A stretch of 63,444 nucleotides of DNA, counting the filler, from Rhabdomonas costata (taxonomy: Eukaryota): the NCBI GenBank assembly GCA_019059605.1. It is 39 parts of 39 records of this genome, joined end to end, with 100 filler letters (N's around TTAATTAATTAA, not from the genome) between each part and the next. Parts side by side here need not be neighbours in the genome. Positions count along the whole stretch, not along the records: positions 35,871 to 37,399 come from JAHMHO010013728.1; positions 37,500 to 39,028 come from JAHMHO010013729.1; positions 39,129 to 40,654 come from JAHMHO010013730.1; positions 40,755 to 42,280 come from JAHMHO010013731.1; positions 42,381 to 43,907 come from JAHMHO010013732.1; positions 44,008 to 45,532 come from JAHMHO010013733.1; positions 45,633 to 47,160 come from JAHMHO010013734.1; positions 47,261 to 48,787 come from JAHMHO010013735.1; 31 more parts are not named here. The stretch is one strand, 5' to 3'. The position numbers were made by a program, and so were the translations under genes. Shown here one piece after another: positions 37,098 through 49,449 of the stretch. Under the pieces are notes generated by a model that saw only the letters and a program-made list of their open reading frames with translations, was not told the DNA's origin and did no database searches. The number at the start of each line of letters is the position of its first letter. Positions within the stretch are counted from its first letter, which is position 1.

Positions 37098-38253
37098 CTG
37101 CAAAACATCCAAACCAAAGTAAAAAGTCACCCCTTGGGGACACTCATGTGGTGCAGGCAGCACGAACAAGAAGGTCAGTTTGCGCTCCGCAAGCGAACAA
37201 TTTCGGTTCTGTGCACGATACAGCCTCGTGATTCTGTCGCATTCTGTGCGCACCCGATAATGTTGCGCATGGAACAACCTATGACAACCTGCGGCAATGC
37301 CTTGTCAACCCCAAAACGACAAAATGGCAGCAGTTCGCTTTGAGACCCTCTCTTCAACCCACTGCTCTCCCCAAACCCAACTGTTCCCACAAAAACCCCN
37401 NNNNNNNNNNNNNNNNNNNNNNNNNNNNNNNNNNNNNNNNNNNTTAATTAATTAANNNNNNNNNNNNNNNNNNNNNNNNNNNNNNNNNNNNNNNNNNNNT
37501 GTGTGACCCTCCCCTTTGACCCCATCATTTCTTCTCATCAGTTCGAAGGCTTGGGCGCGCTCACGCCTGCGATGTCTGCTTATCCGCTCATTCGCTTAGT
37601 CCCAGCACGCGAGTACAAAGGCCGAATGTGTCAGCGCAGAAGGGGCTGCGTGGAACAAAAAATGAGCTGTTCTGAAATACCGCAGAAATGGGCACCTACC
37701 TTTGGGCAGGCCTTTCCACAAGTTGAGGCTCATATCTTCGCCTGCATTTCCGTGACCCGAGCCGGATACCTCCTCTGCTGCAGGAGAGTGGCTGTATGCC
37801 TTCACGAAAAGCTCGACCGTGGAAGACGCGACGGTGCTGCACGGGCTGTGGGCCAAATGCGTTCAGGCTTTTTTCAAGGGTGTGCTCCCTCCTCCCATGC
37901 CTACGAACGAATGTCTTGTTAGCGCTTGGTAGCGAGAGAGAACTCATGGTCGTTATTCTTTTTTTTGAACAGAGCCCCCACAAACAAAGTTCCCGATGAA
38001 CGGATACATCGATGGCATATTCTCGCGCCTCAGGCTACAATTCAACGCTTTGAGGAATTCAGTAGTTTATCGTTGAATTCGTGAAATTGAATGCCCAGCT
38101 TATGCATATGCGCTTGATAACCTGTGGAAAGTTATATCAGGAATGAGGTCACGCCGATTAAGGCAGCTCCTTCGCACATCTCGCGGCCCGGCATACGCCT
38201 CGTTGGCGAAGGTTTCTGGCAGGTAATAATTCCCAGAAGAAATCGCGTTACAC

Positions 38254-38254
<1 letters not shown>

Positions 38255-38293
<39 letters not shown>
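38255..38293. repeat. (AACT)n tetranucleotide microsatellite
   Basis: About nine perfect AACT units. Confidence 0.95.
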
Positions 38294-39131
38294 AGACGAA
38301 CAAGCAAACAACACTCACTGCTGGTTGCCGGAAACCCTTATTTTGTCCGAACGTGTCATAAATTGTTTGTGCGTGGGGGGGGGGGGGCGCCAAAGGCTTG
38401 CGAAACAAGAGCTGGTTGCATCACAAATGTCTCATACATTAATTATTTAACCCAAAACATTCAGCACCGCTAAATGGTTGTTGGGTTTTAATGATCCCAT
38501 CTGTCTATCAATGATCCTTTAATGTATCTGGCGGGGATAGATAGGAGTGCTGTGTTGTGCAGCCGCGTTCGATAACGTGCGTCGCAACGGACCACGATTT
38601 GAGCTCCCAAACAGCGCGGTTGTCTTGAGGGGCATGTTTACCTTTTTATTCGCGGGGTCCATCCATCCTCCGCCTCTTCCGGGCGGGAGGGGGGGGTTGA
38701 ACCTTTAGCAGTGCTAAACGGTCATAACCACTGCCCCCCTCCTAAATTAATCTATTTCTCTTTAGGGTGCTTAATAAATGGATTTGGAGGTAGTTGACAC
38801 AGCTTCTCTAACCCCCGTGCCCTAAACATTTTACAAAAATGTGTCGTTTAGCACTTGAAATGCTCCGTTTGCGATGCTCCGTTTAGCAGTGCTGAACGGA
38901 GCATCGCCCACCTCAAGGAACGTCCCAACCCATCCGCCCGCTGCTGCCGCGCTGCATCCTGTCCTTCGCACCTAAAATAATCTTGTCCCATTTGCCTGCC
39001 AGCACAACAATGACTATTTCCCACAAAANNNNNNNNNNNNNNNNNNNNNNNNNNNNNNNNNNNNNNNNNNNNTTAATTAATTAANNNNNNNNNNNNNNNN
39101 NNNNNNNNNNNNNNNNNNNNNNNNNNNNGGT

Positions 39132-39252
39132 GGTGGGGCAGATATCTGTCAGAACCAGGACAAGTACGCTTCATTCGCTCGACTGGCCTCAAGCCTCTTA
39201 ACACTTTCAGTCGCTATACTCACTGCTTCTTGTGACAGATATCTGCCCCACC
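39132..39252. repeat. 20-bp perfect inverted repeat at contig start
   Basis: ggtggggcagatatctgtca (39132-39151) pairs with tgacagatatctgccccacc (39233-39252). Confidence 0.92.
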
Positions 39253-42200
39253 TCTTGCCGTTGACAGTGACATTCGCACTGACCTTCCATCATATCGGGT
39301 TTACAATGGCGGAAAGCTCACCGCTGTGGTGAAAGACATTATTCAGGTTTCTGCCTCCTGTCTCTTTCTCTCCGCTCTCCCTGAACCTTAACATTTATTC
39401 AGAACAGCTACCTGTGCGGTTTTCCCTCTCGCATATGGAATTGAGAGTTGAGAGAGTGGTTACCGCGCTGTTGTAAACGCACAGAGGATCGGAGCTAGAC
39501 CCAGGTAACCTGAGGCCTGTACAGAGACCAAGGGCCTGGGGATGCAAGACCGTGACACCTATAATAACGGGTATACTTTTCACTGCCATTTTATCGATCT
39601 CGGCCCTCAGGTTCGGGTCGTATTTTATTCTTTGATTAGGGACAGTTGTGTCAGGCCTTGCATCTATGCATCCCCCTTTTTACATGCCCTACACCTCAAG
39701 TTCCTCATCCCCTGTGCGTTTTCAACGACATTTTTGCATTTATTCTGGTTGCCTGGCAATCGCTCAACCCCCACGTAGATGCATGGGCTCACACTTCGTT
39801 GCATCCAATGGGGTTGAATTTCGGGTGTTGAAATTTCGCTCAGGATAAGTTGAGAATTTGTTGTGAACCTACCGTTACTCCCACACACCCCTGGTTTCTT
39901 ATGGCGCATGGAGAAGGCGAAATAAGACACGGCTAGGTGAACCTGGTCATGGGCGTGGAAACTGGCAAGATACGAAGCCGGAAGTATCACTGGGTCTAGG
40001 GGGTGGAACGGCCAGGCCCACGACGAAGTCATGAACGGATAGTTTGGCAGATTACCCCTTTTTACCCTTTTACCTCTTGCACTATGCAGCGTTAGTAAGT
40101 GGTATATGTCGTGATGGTGGGCTATGGACTGGTTGTGCAGGCTATTCGTGCGCTGTAGTGTGTGCTAGTGCATAGGCTGCCTACTGCATTAGTACTATAC
40201 TATGATGTGGTGTTAGCCATCCCAGCCATTGTGGGGCCGCTACAACCGACCATCACCCAATACCACTACGCCATGGTATACCCGTGTGGTATACTTTGGG
40301 GTGTGGGCGTGATTTTTGGCTCTGGTAGTGTTCCTGGTCATGGCATCACCACCCAACCAGTAGCATGGCATGTTAAGGGCTACGCATCAACCCAACAGTG
40401 GTGGATAATGCATGACATGCCGATGTACAGCATAGGGGCATGTTAAGTACCACTACTGTGTGGTATTACGCGCGTGACCAAATGGCACCCTCAGCCATCA
40501 CAGCAAGGGGGCTATGCAGTAAGACAGAGCGTAGGATGTGAACACAAGTTTTCAAGTTTTGCACTTTTCTTTGATTTCTTTTCGCCTCTTTTGCGTTTAA
40601 GGGCATCTTGACTTGTGCGCATTTTCCAGGTCATCATCGTGGTGCGGAGGCCAGNNNNNNNNNNNNNNNNNNNNNNNNNNNNNNNNNNNNNNNNNNNNTT
40701 AATTAATTAANNNNNNNNNNNNNNNNNNNNNNNNNNNNNNNNNNNNNNNNNNNNGGTGTGGTTGCCGCTGGTACATGACCAGTGCAGGGCAAAACTGGCC
40801 TGCCTTCATTTTAGGTGGTGTGGCGCTTGATCGTTGAAATCAAATGGCCCGTTTCAGTTTCTTGCCGGTCACCGCGCCCACCGCGGGCCAACACCCGCTG
40901 GATCCGTTGGATGTTTTTTGCGGTAGATTGCCCCGCGCATCGTCTCCACTGTGTTGTCGTTACTTACGCGTAAGATTACCGAGAAGTGCCAGCAACTTAA
41001 CGCCCCAATGCGATCCATCCTGTTCCGCGTGTCGGGGTGCCGGCGCCCATCCCATCCTCAGGCCACGTTTGACATATGCAAACCAACCCGCCCTCCGCCC
41101 CAGATCCAGCCGATCTTCTGTAAGACTCATACTACCCATTCCTCTGTGAATTTGTCTTCAGATGGTGGCCTTCTCTTATGCAATGTCCAATGTGGCCTGT
41201 AGTGAACGGTACAATCAGGCTGTGTGGTCACTTTGGATTGAAGAGTTTATTATCCTGGAGGGTGACTCTGGATTCTCCGCTCTAAAAGTTGGTCTCTGGA
41301 TGGCGTGCGTGGTCACATCGAAATCTGTGTGAGTCCATTGGATCTTACCGGGTATCTGGGACTGCCGGTATAGTTATGGTTAACTAATGAGAACGCCGAC
41401 TGACAGATGAAGGCGGTACGCTAAGCCACGTATGTGGCTCTGTGGTCTGTTATTGGATCAGAAAATCATCCAAACCAATCCAAGACTACCTCCTTGCATG
41501 AAATCAAATTAATTTGTGTGTAGGTAAGAGTTCTAGTGATTCATAACATGTGTTTTGAACTTAGCTTAAAGGCTGGGTAATCATAGATTAGTTGGTAGTG
41601 TGCTAGTGATTTCTTATGCCGTGCGTATTTAGATTTCAAACTGGTACATGAGACAAAATATTTGTCGTTAGCAAAGATTCTACGTCCCGTCTCTGCAAAT
41701 TACATTTGGACGTAGCGGATAATACGGGATCTATTATAGAAGAAGAATGTTGCATGCTGCAATGCAGTGGGCTGCTTTTGGGTGATTTTGGGTGACATTT
41801 TAAAAGAAACGCTTCCGCATGAAATCCGGCAGTAAGAGTAGTAAAACTTCAGTGCAAATAAACAAATCCTTCAAAATAAAGCCCATCTTCAAAGTTATTA
41901 GCAAAAGATGGGACCAAAAATTTGGAATAAAAGTCACCCTGCTAAAGCAGGTGATCGAAAACCGTTTACGGGAACTTACTTTGTCTAAAAATACTTTATT
42001 GATAACAATATAAATTTTGTTTTATATGGCGTCTTTTCCAAGAATGCAAAGCGTCGGAAATAACTGAAAACACGATGAACATTATGGAGTTCCATTTTTT
42101 CAATTCCACGCAAACAAATACTTTAAACAACACACGCTTTCACACCAATTTCCACAACAAAAAGCCCTTTTTTCAAAATGAACTTTGTGGACATTCACCA

Positions 42201-42681
42201 CCGACTCTTGATACTTTTACATTAATACACAATACTCGTTGTTTCTTTCGTGCTCTCACAGACGTTGATTTACTTTGGTANNNNNNNNNNNNNNNNNNNN
42301 NNNNNNNNNNNNNNNNNNNNNNNNTTAATTAATTAANNNNNNNNNNNNNNNNNNNNNNNNNNNNNNNNNNNNNNNNNNNNTTGTGGTTTAGGGGCGAGCA
42401 CCGAATGTTCTCTTGCTTGGAGGTGCTGAATCGCCGCCAGGGCCTCGCTTTGTGAGCGCGATCGCGTCTCAATCGCACCCGCCCTGCAGCCTCTCGGCAT
42501 TCAAGGAAAATTGAATGGAGAGAAAGTCACTTTTGGCTAGAAACGATGCAGGAAAGTGGATAGCGCTGCGTTTGGAAGAAGTATTTATCGATTTCTTGCG
42601 CACCGTTTTCTCTGGTTTCCAAATCAGAGCGAGCTTAGGCATCATTATTGTCCCATTATTGATAGATTTGTGGTTCTCTCA

Positions 42682-43356
42682 GCTCAGCCTCTTCCCCATT
42701 CGCGCCACAGTTCCGCCCAAACGCGTTGCCCTCCACTCTTGGATTTCGTACGTGAAATCGGAAGCGGAGGATTGGTGAGCATTTTGGTGTCCATTTTTCA
42801 TCGTCAGGCCAGTCTGTAGGCTTGTAGTGCCTTTCGTTTCTCAGACGGCGAAGATCTCCCTAGAGGTCGAGACGTCTGAGAACGTCGCTCCTGAGGTTTT
42901 CCTGTTCGTGCCGCCGCTTTCTTGCTTTTTGTTTTGCCGCCACCCTCGACGAACATGTCTTGTGATACAGATATCCAGTGAGCATTGCGCAGAACACCGC
43001 TTTTTTTTTTTTTTTGGAAAATCGGCAGGATTCCAAAAAGAGAGACATTTTTTTTACCTTTACTGACGTTTACGGGGAATCTTTGCCGTGCGTTCAATGT
43101 GAACAAAATAGGAATAATACGAGTAGGAGTACCCGCCAGACCCTGACTTTTGCAGTTTGCCAACAAAATTCACCGCGCTACTTTGCGGTATAGCTCATAA
43201 TCTGCCGGGAGCTTTTGCACCGTGGGTTTACTTGCCTCATGCACTTCAATTTAAGTTTGCTCGTTTGTTTTGCAGCCACCTGCTCTTGCTGTTCCGGACC
43301 CTGAGGAGGCGGCTTGTGAAGTCGCGAAGCCCCGAAAGAAGCTTGCTCGAAAGAAG
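42682..43356 (+). CDS. Hypothetical protein, three short exons
   Basis: AG/GT-bounded segments join in phase 0: ...LLDFVREIGSGGL|TAKISLEVETSENVAPE|PPALAVPDPEEAACEVAKPRKKLARKK. No family recognised. Confidence 0.4.
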
Positions 43357-44303
43357 GTACCTCATTGTCGACCTCAAAATGGCATGGATTAAATGTGACG
43401 ATTTCAATTACTTTTCTTTTTGCACACATCACACATCTTGTGTGGGGCAAAGTCTGAACCACCGCCGGTTGACACCTCTCTGCGAGGGAATGCCCTATGG
43501 TGTTGTCGTTGTTGTTAAGGTTTTGTATTGGTAATAGGTTTGCTTTGTGTTTTGTATTAGTAAGTATTGTAAATAGCTTGTGCACGTCCATTTTCATGTG
43601 TACCAAAAGTTGTGTGCTTGTGTGTTCCGGAATCTTGGAGACAAAGGTGGGGTAGCATGTGTTGCCGAGCCCACCCGAGTTCCCTTGCAGTGCTCTCGCC
43701 CAAATCCCTTGCTCATTATTGCCAAGACCAACGTTCCGCATTGACAACATTGAGGGGCTTGTCAGGCTGGCACTCCTACAGTGTTTGATGTCCAACCATT
43801 TTTGCTTCATTGTGTTTCCCTTTTTTTCTTTCGTTTTTTTCCCTGAGTTGTGGGTGCCCCGTGAAACCCTCCGAGCGGAAAAGAGGCGCAAGAATGTACA
43901 ACACACANNNNNNNNNNNNNNNNNNNNNNNNNNNNNNNNNNNNNNNNNNNNTTAATTAATTAANNNNNNNNNNNNNNNNNNNNNNNNNNNNNNNNNNNNN
44001 NNNNNNNGTGGGGGGTGGGAGTGAAACGCATTTAAACGAAGCACATACCCTTCCTTTAGTCTTGCTGACCTTCTGCAGAATGTATGATCATTAAGTGTAG
44101 CGTGCGTAATGGACCTAAACAACTCGCTTCTTTTACCATAAGTTCACAGCAAATAGTGGGACGCATATATAAACTATTGATCTACTAATTGCTTAGGAAC
44201 ATCACCACCACCAACAACAACAACAACAACTTCAGCACCATCTCACGCGGAAAAAGGATACTCGAAGGACTCGGATTTCACATAATAATTTTTGTCGCTC
44301 CAG

Positions 44304-45369
44304 GTTCAGCGGCTGTGCAGTGGGCTGCGCAAGCGGTTTCCCACGCTTGAAATCTCCGTTTTAACCTTCTACAAGGCCCAATCCCTTGAGCTGCAAAAGC
44401 GGCTGGACACCAGCCTTAAGGTGGGCGTCCTCACTGGTACGCCTGCGCTCGTGGGGCTACTTAATTTTTGGGTCGGCTAGTTTTGCACGAGGGGATTTTG
44501 TTTAACTTCTGCTTTTCAAACAGTTTTGTACATGGTTGTAGACTGATCGTTGAGGTGCTCTTGTTCCTGTGGCCGCGGGTGTTGGCTTGTTTGGCATCAT
44601 ATTTTCGCTCCCACACACGTAGTGGATGCCTGTCAGGGGAGCGAGTTCGACATCGTCGTGATCAGCTGTGTGCGAAGCAACCGCGAGCAGCGCATTGGTG
44701 TGCGGCACTCTAGTTTTGCTTCCTGGACCTACTCTTTCGCTTACTTAATATGATAGGTGCCCAATCGTCATGCGTTTGTTTAAAATTGAAACATCTCCCG
44801 TGTGTTCTGTGTGGTTGGGTGTGGGGACTTGGGTTGTTCAAGATTTTTCGGAGTAAGGAAGGAGAGGGGGGGCAACACTGGACTCCCCCGACAACCGCAA
44901 AGTTGCCCCCTCCCCCAGTTTACCAATGTACCACCTCATGGAAAGTGAAAAATGTACTGCTGTATCGGGTGAGCAGCTGTCCCATCTCTGAGCATTCAAC
45001 ACTACACTGCATTACGTTACGTTACGTTACATTCCATTCCATTCCATTTCATTCCATTCCATGCCATTTATGGTTGTGCCATTGGAAGGTGGGAGTGGCC
45101 GTTTTTGAACCCCTCTCACTTGGGCTTTGGTGTAAACATTTACATCGAAGAGTGTCTCTTCCTGACTTCACGTCCTCCCTGTTTTTTCTTGCCCCTCAAC
45201 AGGTTTCTTGAAGGACTCGAGAAGGCTGTGCGTGGCTATTTCTCGGGCGAAGGAGTTGCTTGTAATCGTCGGAAATCCAAGCAGCTTGGGGTGCGATCCA
45301 GATTGGCAGTACATCGTCCAGCACGTACGCTGCATCACTCCGCGCCTTCTCGTTACTCTTCCCAAATGA
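44304..45369 (+). CDS. Upf1/DNA2/NAM7-like SF1 helicase, C-terminal RecA domain (last 3 exons)
   Basis: Exons 44304-44436, 44623-44697 and 45203-45369 encode ISVLTFYKAQ...VLTVDACQGSEFDIVVISCVRSN...IGFLKDSRRLCVAISRAKELLVIVGN...*. Confidence 0.93.
44997..45068. repeat. Compound pentanucleotide repeat, (CGTTA)n grading into (CATTC)n, within an intron
   Basis: cactacactgcattacgttacgttacgttacattccattccattccatttcattccattccatgcc. Confidence 0.85.
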
Positions 45370-45964
45370 AAGCTCGACCTATGGAAGCGCATCTGTTTAG
45401 CAAGCAATGTTTGAATGGCTCCTTTTTTCGCATGACCCGTGTGCATCCCTGCCACTGCATCGGTTGCAGAACTGGCGCTTCCCGGCGGGGCACTTAACAA
45501 CAGCCAAACACACATGAACTTGAACACCCACANNNNNNNNNNNNNNNNNNNNNNNNNNNNNNNNNNNNNNNNNNNNTTAATTAATTAANNNNNNNNNNNN
45601 NNNNNNNNNNNNNNNNNNNNNNNNNNNNNNNNGGTTTGTGGGCATAGGGGGACGAAATCGAAATTCACTAGCGCACAATGGAAAGTCATGTGCTAGAAGG
45701 AATTTCCGAGGGGGCAAAATTTCTTAGAATGAAGAGCACTTTGAAGAACATTTCAGAATTATTTGCCCTCTTTTTTTACCATGGAGAGGATTCTTCTAAA
45801 CTGAGTTTTGTCGTATACCTTACATCTTGCCTATAGGATGAACAAAAACGGCACCAGAAGCTGACTTTCACCCACTTTTTCTGTCGTGGTTGCTCTTTCG
45901 TCTCACTCAAGCGTGCACGCGAGGAGAGAAGAAAAACTAAAAGCACAACATCAGTGAAACAAAC

Positions 45965-46981
45965 CTCGAAGCCAAGATACTTCGCCAGATTCGCTCGCAT
46001 CACCGTGTTGTGCAAGACCAGAGCCTCCTCGAACTCCTTGCCGTAGATGTTCCACAGTCGGGTGCTGTCCTGGATATCTGTGAACTGAAAGAAGAAGAGT
46101 AAAAAGAAGCGGAAGCAAATAAGCCAAAAGAGAACACGTTTCCGAAGTGAAGCAAACCGAAAAAAAAAAGCCTGGAACAAACATTCTCAGTAAAGTGACG
46201 GAAAGCCAACACCCACAAAGCACAACGCAGGGGTGGCGGGAAGTCTTAACACCATCAGTGCGGCGTAGCCCATCGGCGCTGACTTCAGCCGTTGCTGTAG
46301 GGCCCGACTGCGGCGGTAGCTTGTGAAGCCTACCACCCCCAGAATTGCCATCGCCCCAACAACAAAAATCGGCACCAAAATCTCCACCATCCTCATCGTA
46401 CTCCCCGAGTCCGTCGTCCCCACCACAGGATCGGGCTCGTACCGCTGCTTCAGACTGCGTACCAGTGGCGCCGTGCCGTCCGTGTCCACACACCGCATCT
46501 CCCCCACCTTCGCAACAACCTGCTCCATGATCGTGCTCTGGATCGGGGAGAACCCCAGTCCCATCGCCACTGCCTGCGTAGACGATGCGAAGGTAAACAG
46601 GAAGTACCGCTGAAGCCAGTACGCCTTCTCGCATCCCATGCTGGACATCCGCAGGATGAAGTACTCGTACCCCGAGATGGGGTAGGCTGGGTGGGGGGCA
46701 TTGACGATCTGCGCCGAGAAGTCTTCCTCCAAGGGAAACGCCAGCGCGGCCTGGATGGTGGTGTTCTCGTTCAGGACTTGGACTTCGCCCTGGGGGCCCA
46801 CAAACTGCGCCGGGGGGAGGCTCAGCCCAAGCGCCGTGTCGTAGCCCACGTATCCCAAGCTGTACGGCGTCCAGAGCACGGAAACCGCGAGTTGGGAGCT
46901 TCCGGTGATGGGGCAAAGCATGCCGTTGGTATTGGGCCAAGACACACCCGTACCCACAGCACTCCACCCGGAGTCGAACGC
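45965..46981 (-). CDS. Receptor-type adenylate cyclase: PstS-like extracellular domain, one TM helix, start of class III cyclase domain (partial, 2 exons)
   Basis: Exon 46981-46253 encodes W..VGTGVSWP...TPYSLGYVGY...IVNAPHPAYPISGYEYF (PstS motifs), TM ILVPIFVVGAMAILGVVGF, then RRSR...SAPMGYAALM. Exon 46084-45965 encodes FTDIQDSTRLWN...ALVLHNTVMRANL...GFE. The phase-0 GT-AG splice gives ALMFTDIQDSTRLW. Confidence 0.88.
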
Positions 46982-47588
46982 CTGCACAAAGCCAGACAAC
47001 AAGTCAGAAAGAAGAACTGTGCGAACAGAGCTGAGAAAGTGGAGGTAGTAACATCCCCACCTGCAAGGCATTGGTGAACACTGAGGTCGTGCCACTGGAG
47101 TCCTTCCGCACAAAGCGCCTGATCGAAACATTGGGAAGGAGCCCACCCAGCGCGGGGTTCNNNNNNNNNNNNNNNNNNNNNNNNNNNNNNNNNNNNNNNN
47201 NNNNTTAATTAATTAANNNNNNNNNNNNNNNNNNNNNNNNNNNNNNNNNNNNNNNNNNNNTTTTTGTAAATTATGTTGTAGGTGTGGGTGGTTTTAAAAA
47301 AATTATGCTGTAGGTGCTGTGTTCAACCCTCCGCTGAGTAGATCAAGAAGCGGCGCAAAAGGGATACAGAAGAGCCGGGCCCAGGGCCGGGCGAGGGTGA
47401 AAGGAGGAATGTGCTGTGTATACTGTATAAAAGACCCCAGGCCTGCTTTGGCTCAGCCTTGTTTGTCTCATATACCAACAGCTGTAACTACAGCTGTATG
47501 TGTCTGCGTGCGTGGCTGTGTGAGCCAGCGCTGAAGCTGCACAAGTCTTGCTTCTTCTCTGTTGTTAGCCGCGGCCGCCCAAGTGTAG

Positions 47589-47920
47589 GGATCCTTCGGA
47601 TGGCCCTCTTGAAGCCGCTGCTCCCTGTGAGCCCTTGGTTGGTGTTGTGGCCTACGCCCCCACTGCTGCGCGTCCTTCGGCCACCGCCACAGTGTCTTCC
47701 TCCGCCGAAAGCACTGACCGCTCGTGGATGAAGCGCCCCTCCGGCGACGGAGCGGCTGCTGCGGTGCTGCACCTGAGCCCGCTGCCCTCGTGGGCTCTTC
47801 GCGAGGCTCGGCTTGGGGAAGGCTCTAGAGAGGACGAGGAAGAGGAGGCCCGGCAGGAGGCCGGGGTGCCGGTTCTGCCGCAGAGGCAGCGAGGGCTAGG
47901 GACCCGCCAGGGCTTGAGCG
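47589..47920 (+). CDS. Low-complexity exon of a hypothetical protein
   Basis: GC-rich, AG/GT-bounded open frame (...REDEEEEARQEAG...). No family recognised. Confidence 0.4.
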
Positions 47921-49305
47921 GTGTGCCAGCTGATTCTTTCTCTCTTTCCTTAGTAAAAGCTCACTCCCATTAAATTGCAGCATGCTTTCTTTGCGAATGG
48001 TACCCTTTCTTTTCCATCCACTGTTTACAATGTCCTGCGCGACGGGTTTCGGTTGCATTTGTGTCGTTGTGGATTCACTAGCCTCGCCAGCTGGCAAGGA
48101 TGGGCTTCTACGTGCTTCTTCTCTTTCAGGGGACCTCGAGCTGCAGAGCTTGCTTCAGTCCTGCCGAGGGACCTTGGTCTGAGACCTCGCGCCACTCGTT
48201 CATTTTTGCCACATGTGTATAGCGTCACTGTGCATTAGGTGCAAGTGTGTCGAGGGATTTGGGGTTGTCTTTCCATTTTGCTGTAAACTAATGTGATTAA
48301 GACCTTTCGCTGTGGTTAAGACCCACCTGCTCTTGGACCTTTTTCTTTTTCAGCGCTTCGGCGCCGACCGTGTTCCCCGTGCGATAGATCCGTGCTCTCT
48401 TCCGGCGCTTCACACCGTGTGCGCTTTGGCTCTGGCTGAAAACTGGTGTTTCCCAGCCATTAACCATTTCCACATATTAGCAACGCCAAGGTGGGTGTCG
48501 GCTAATATAAGTAAGCCTAGTTTCACCCCAAAATCGAAAACTTAGTCCGTAACATAAGTCTTTTGGCGTGTTTTTTGACCCTGGGCTTGGGTAGCATATG
48601 CTGTCTCTTGTTGAATACGCAAGGTTGTAAACTCTAGATTTACGGTGTAGCCTGCTACAGTAATTCAGATCGGATATGATGGACCCACGAATGACGTCCG
48701 AAGGGCCCACAAAACGACCGTCACCTTTGCCACCCTCGGCTGAACGATACCAATAGGGGCTCAGGACAAACAAGCTACCCAACAAACNNNNNNNNNNNNN
48801 NNNNNNNNNNNNNNNNNNNNNNNNNNNNNNNTTAATTAATTAANNNNNNNNNNNNNNNNNNNNNNNNNNNNNNNNNNNNNNNNNNNNCTCTGGCCCGGGG
48901 CGAGGTCAGGCACAAAGAGGAGGGAAATAAGGCTGGCTGGGGAAAACCCTTCGGAGCTTTTTGTCCGTCACCTGTCATTCACGGATGTGAAAGGATTGCT
49001 CAACTTCTTTACGTCCATCTGTCGGGAAGCTTAGAAGGGGATTTTCCAAAGAGGTCGGCTGTATCCTTTGTATGGCTTGGAATGGGACCGTGGAAAGGAT
49101 ATGACTAAGTGGGCCGCGTTCAGCGTTCAGGTGGCCAGTGACATTTTGTCACCGAAGCCCATTGAATAGTGGCCTGAAACCATGGGTACGGCCCAGACAA
49201 TGGAGGCGTTGGCGTGAGAAGCTGTTTGCCCTGCACCGTTTTGCACCTTTTCTCTCCCCCTAATATCTCTCTCACTCATTCTCTTTCTCTCTGTGCTTGG
49301 CGTAG

Positions 49306-49449
49306 GTGGGCGCCATGGCGGACTACGCTTTGTGCGTGTGCGAGCTTCTCTGTGGTACGCCTGGGCTGGCGGGGCCGATGCGGGCCCTGCTGTGCCGGGC
49401 GGGGCTGCCCGAGGCCCTGCGGAAGTTCATCGCCGCAGAGGCCGTTTCA
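49306..49449 (+). CDS. Hypothetical helical (ARM/HEAT-like) exon
   Basis: AG|VGAMADYALCVCELLCGTPGLAGPMRALLCRAGLPEALRKFIAAEAVS|GT, with GC3-rich codons. Confidence 0.45.

Noticed and set aside
38255-38293. AACTAAC resembles the start of the kinetoplastid spliced leader
   Set aside because: It is simply part of an (AACT)n microsatellite.
45951-46967. 338-aa minus-strand ORF overlapping the receptor cyclase
   Set aside because: It is an alternative frame of the same exon with low-information composition; the PstS, TM and cyclase motifs are in the other frame.
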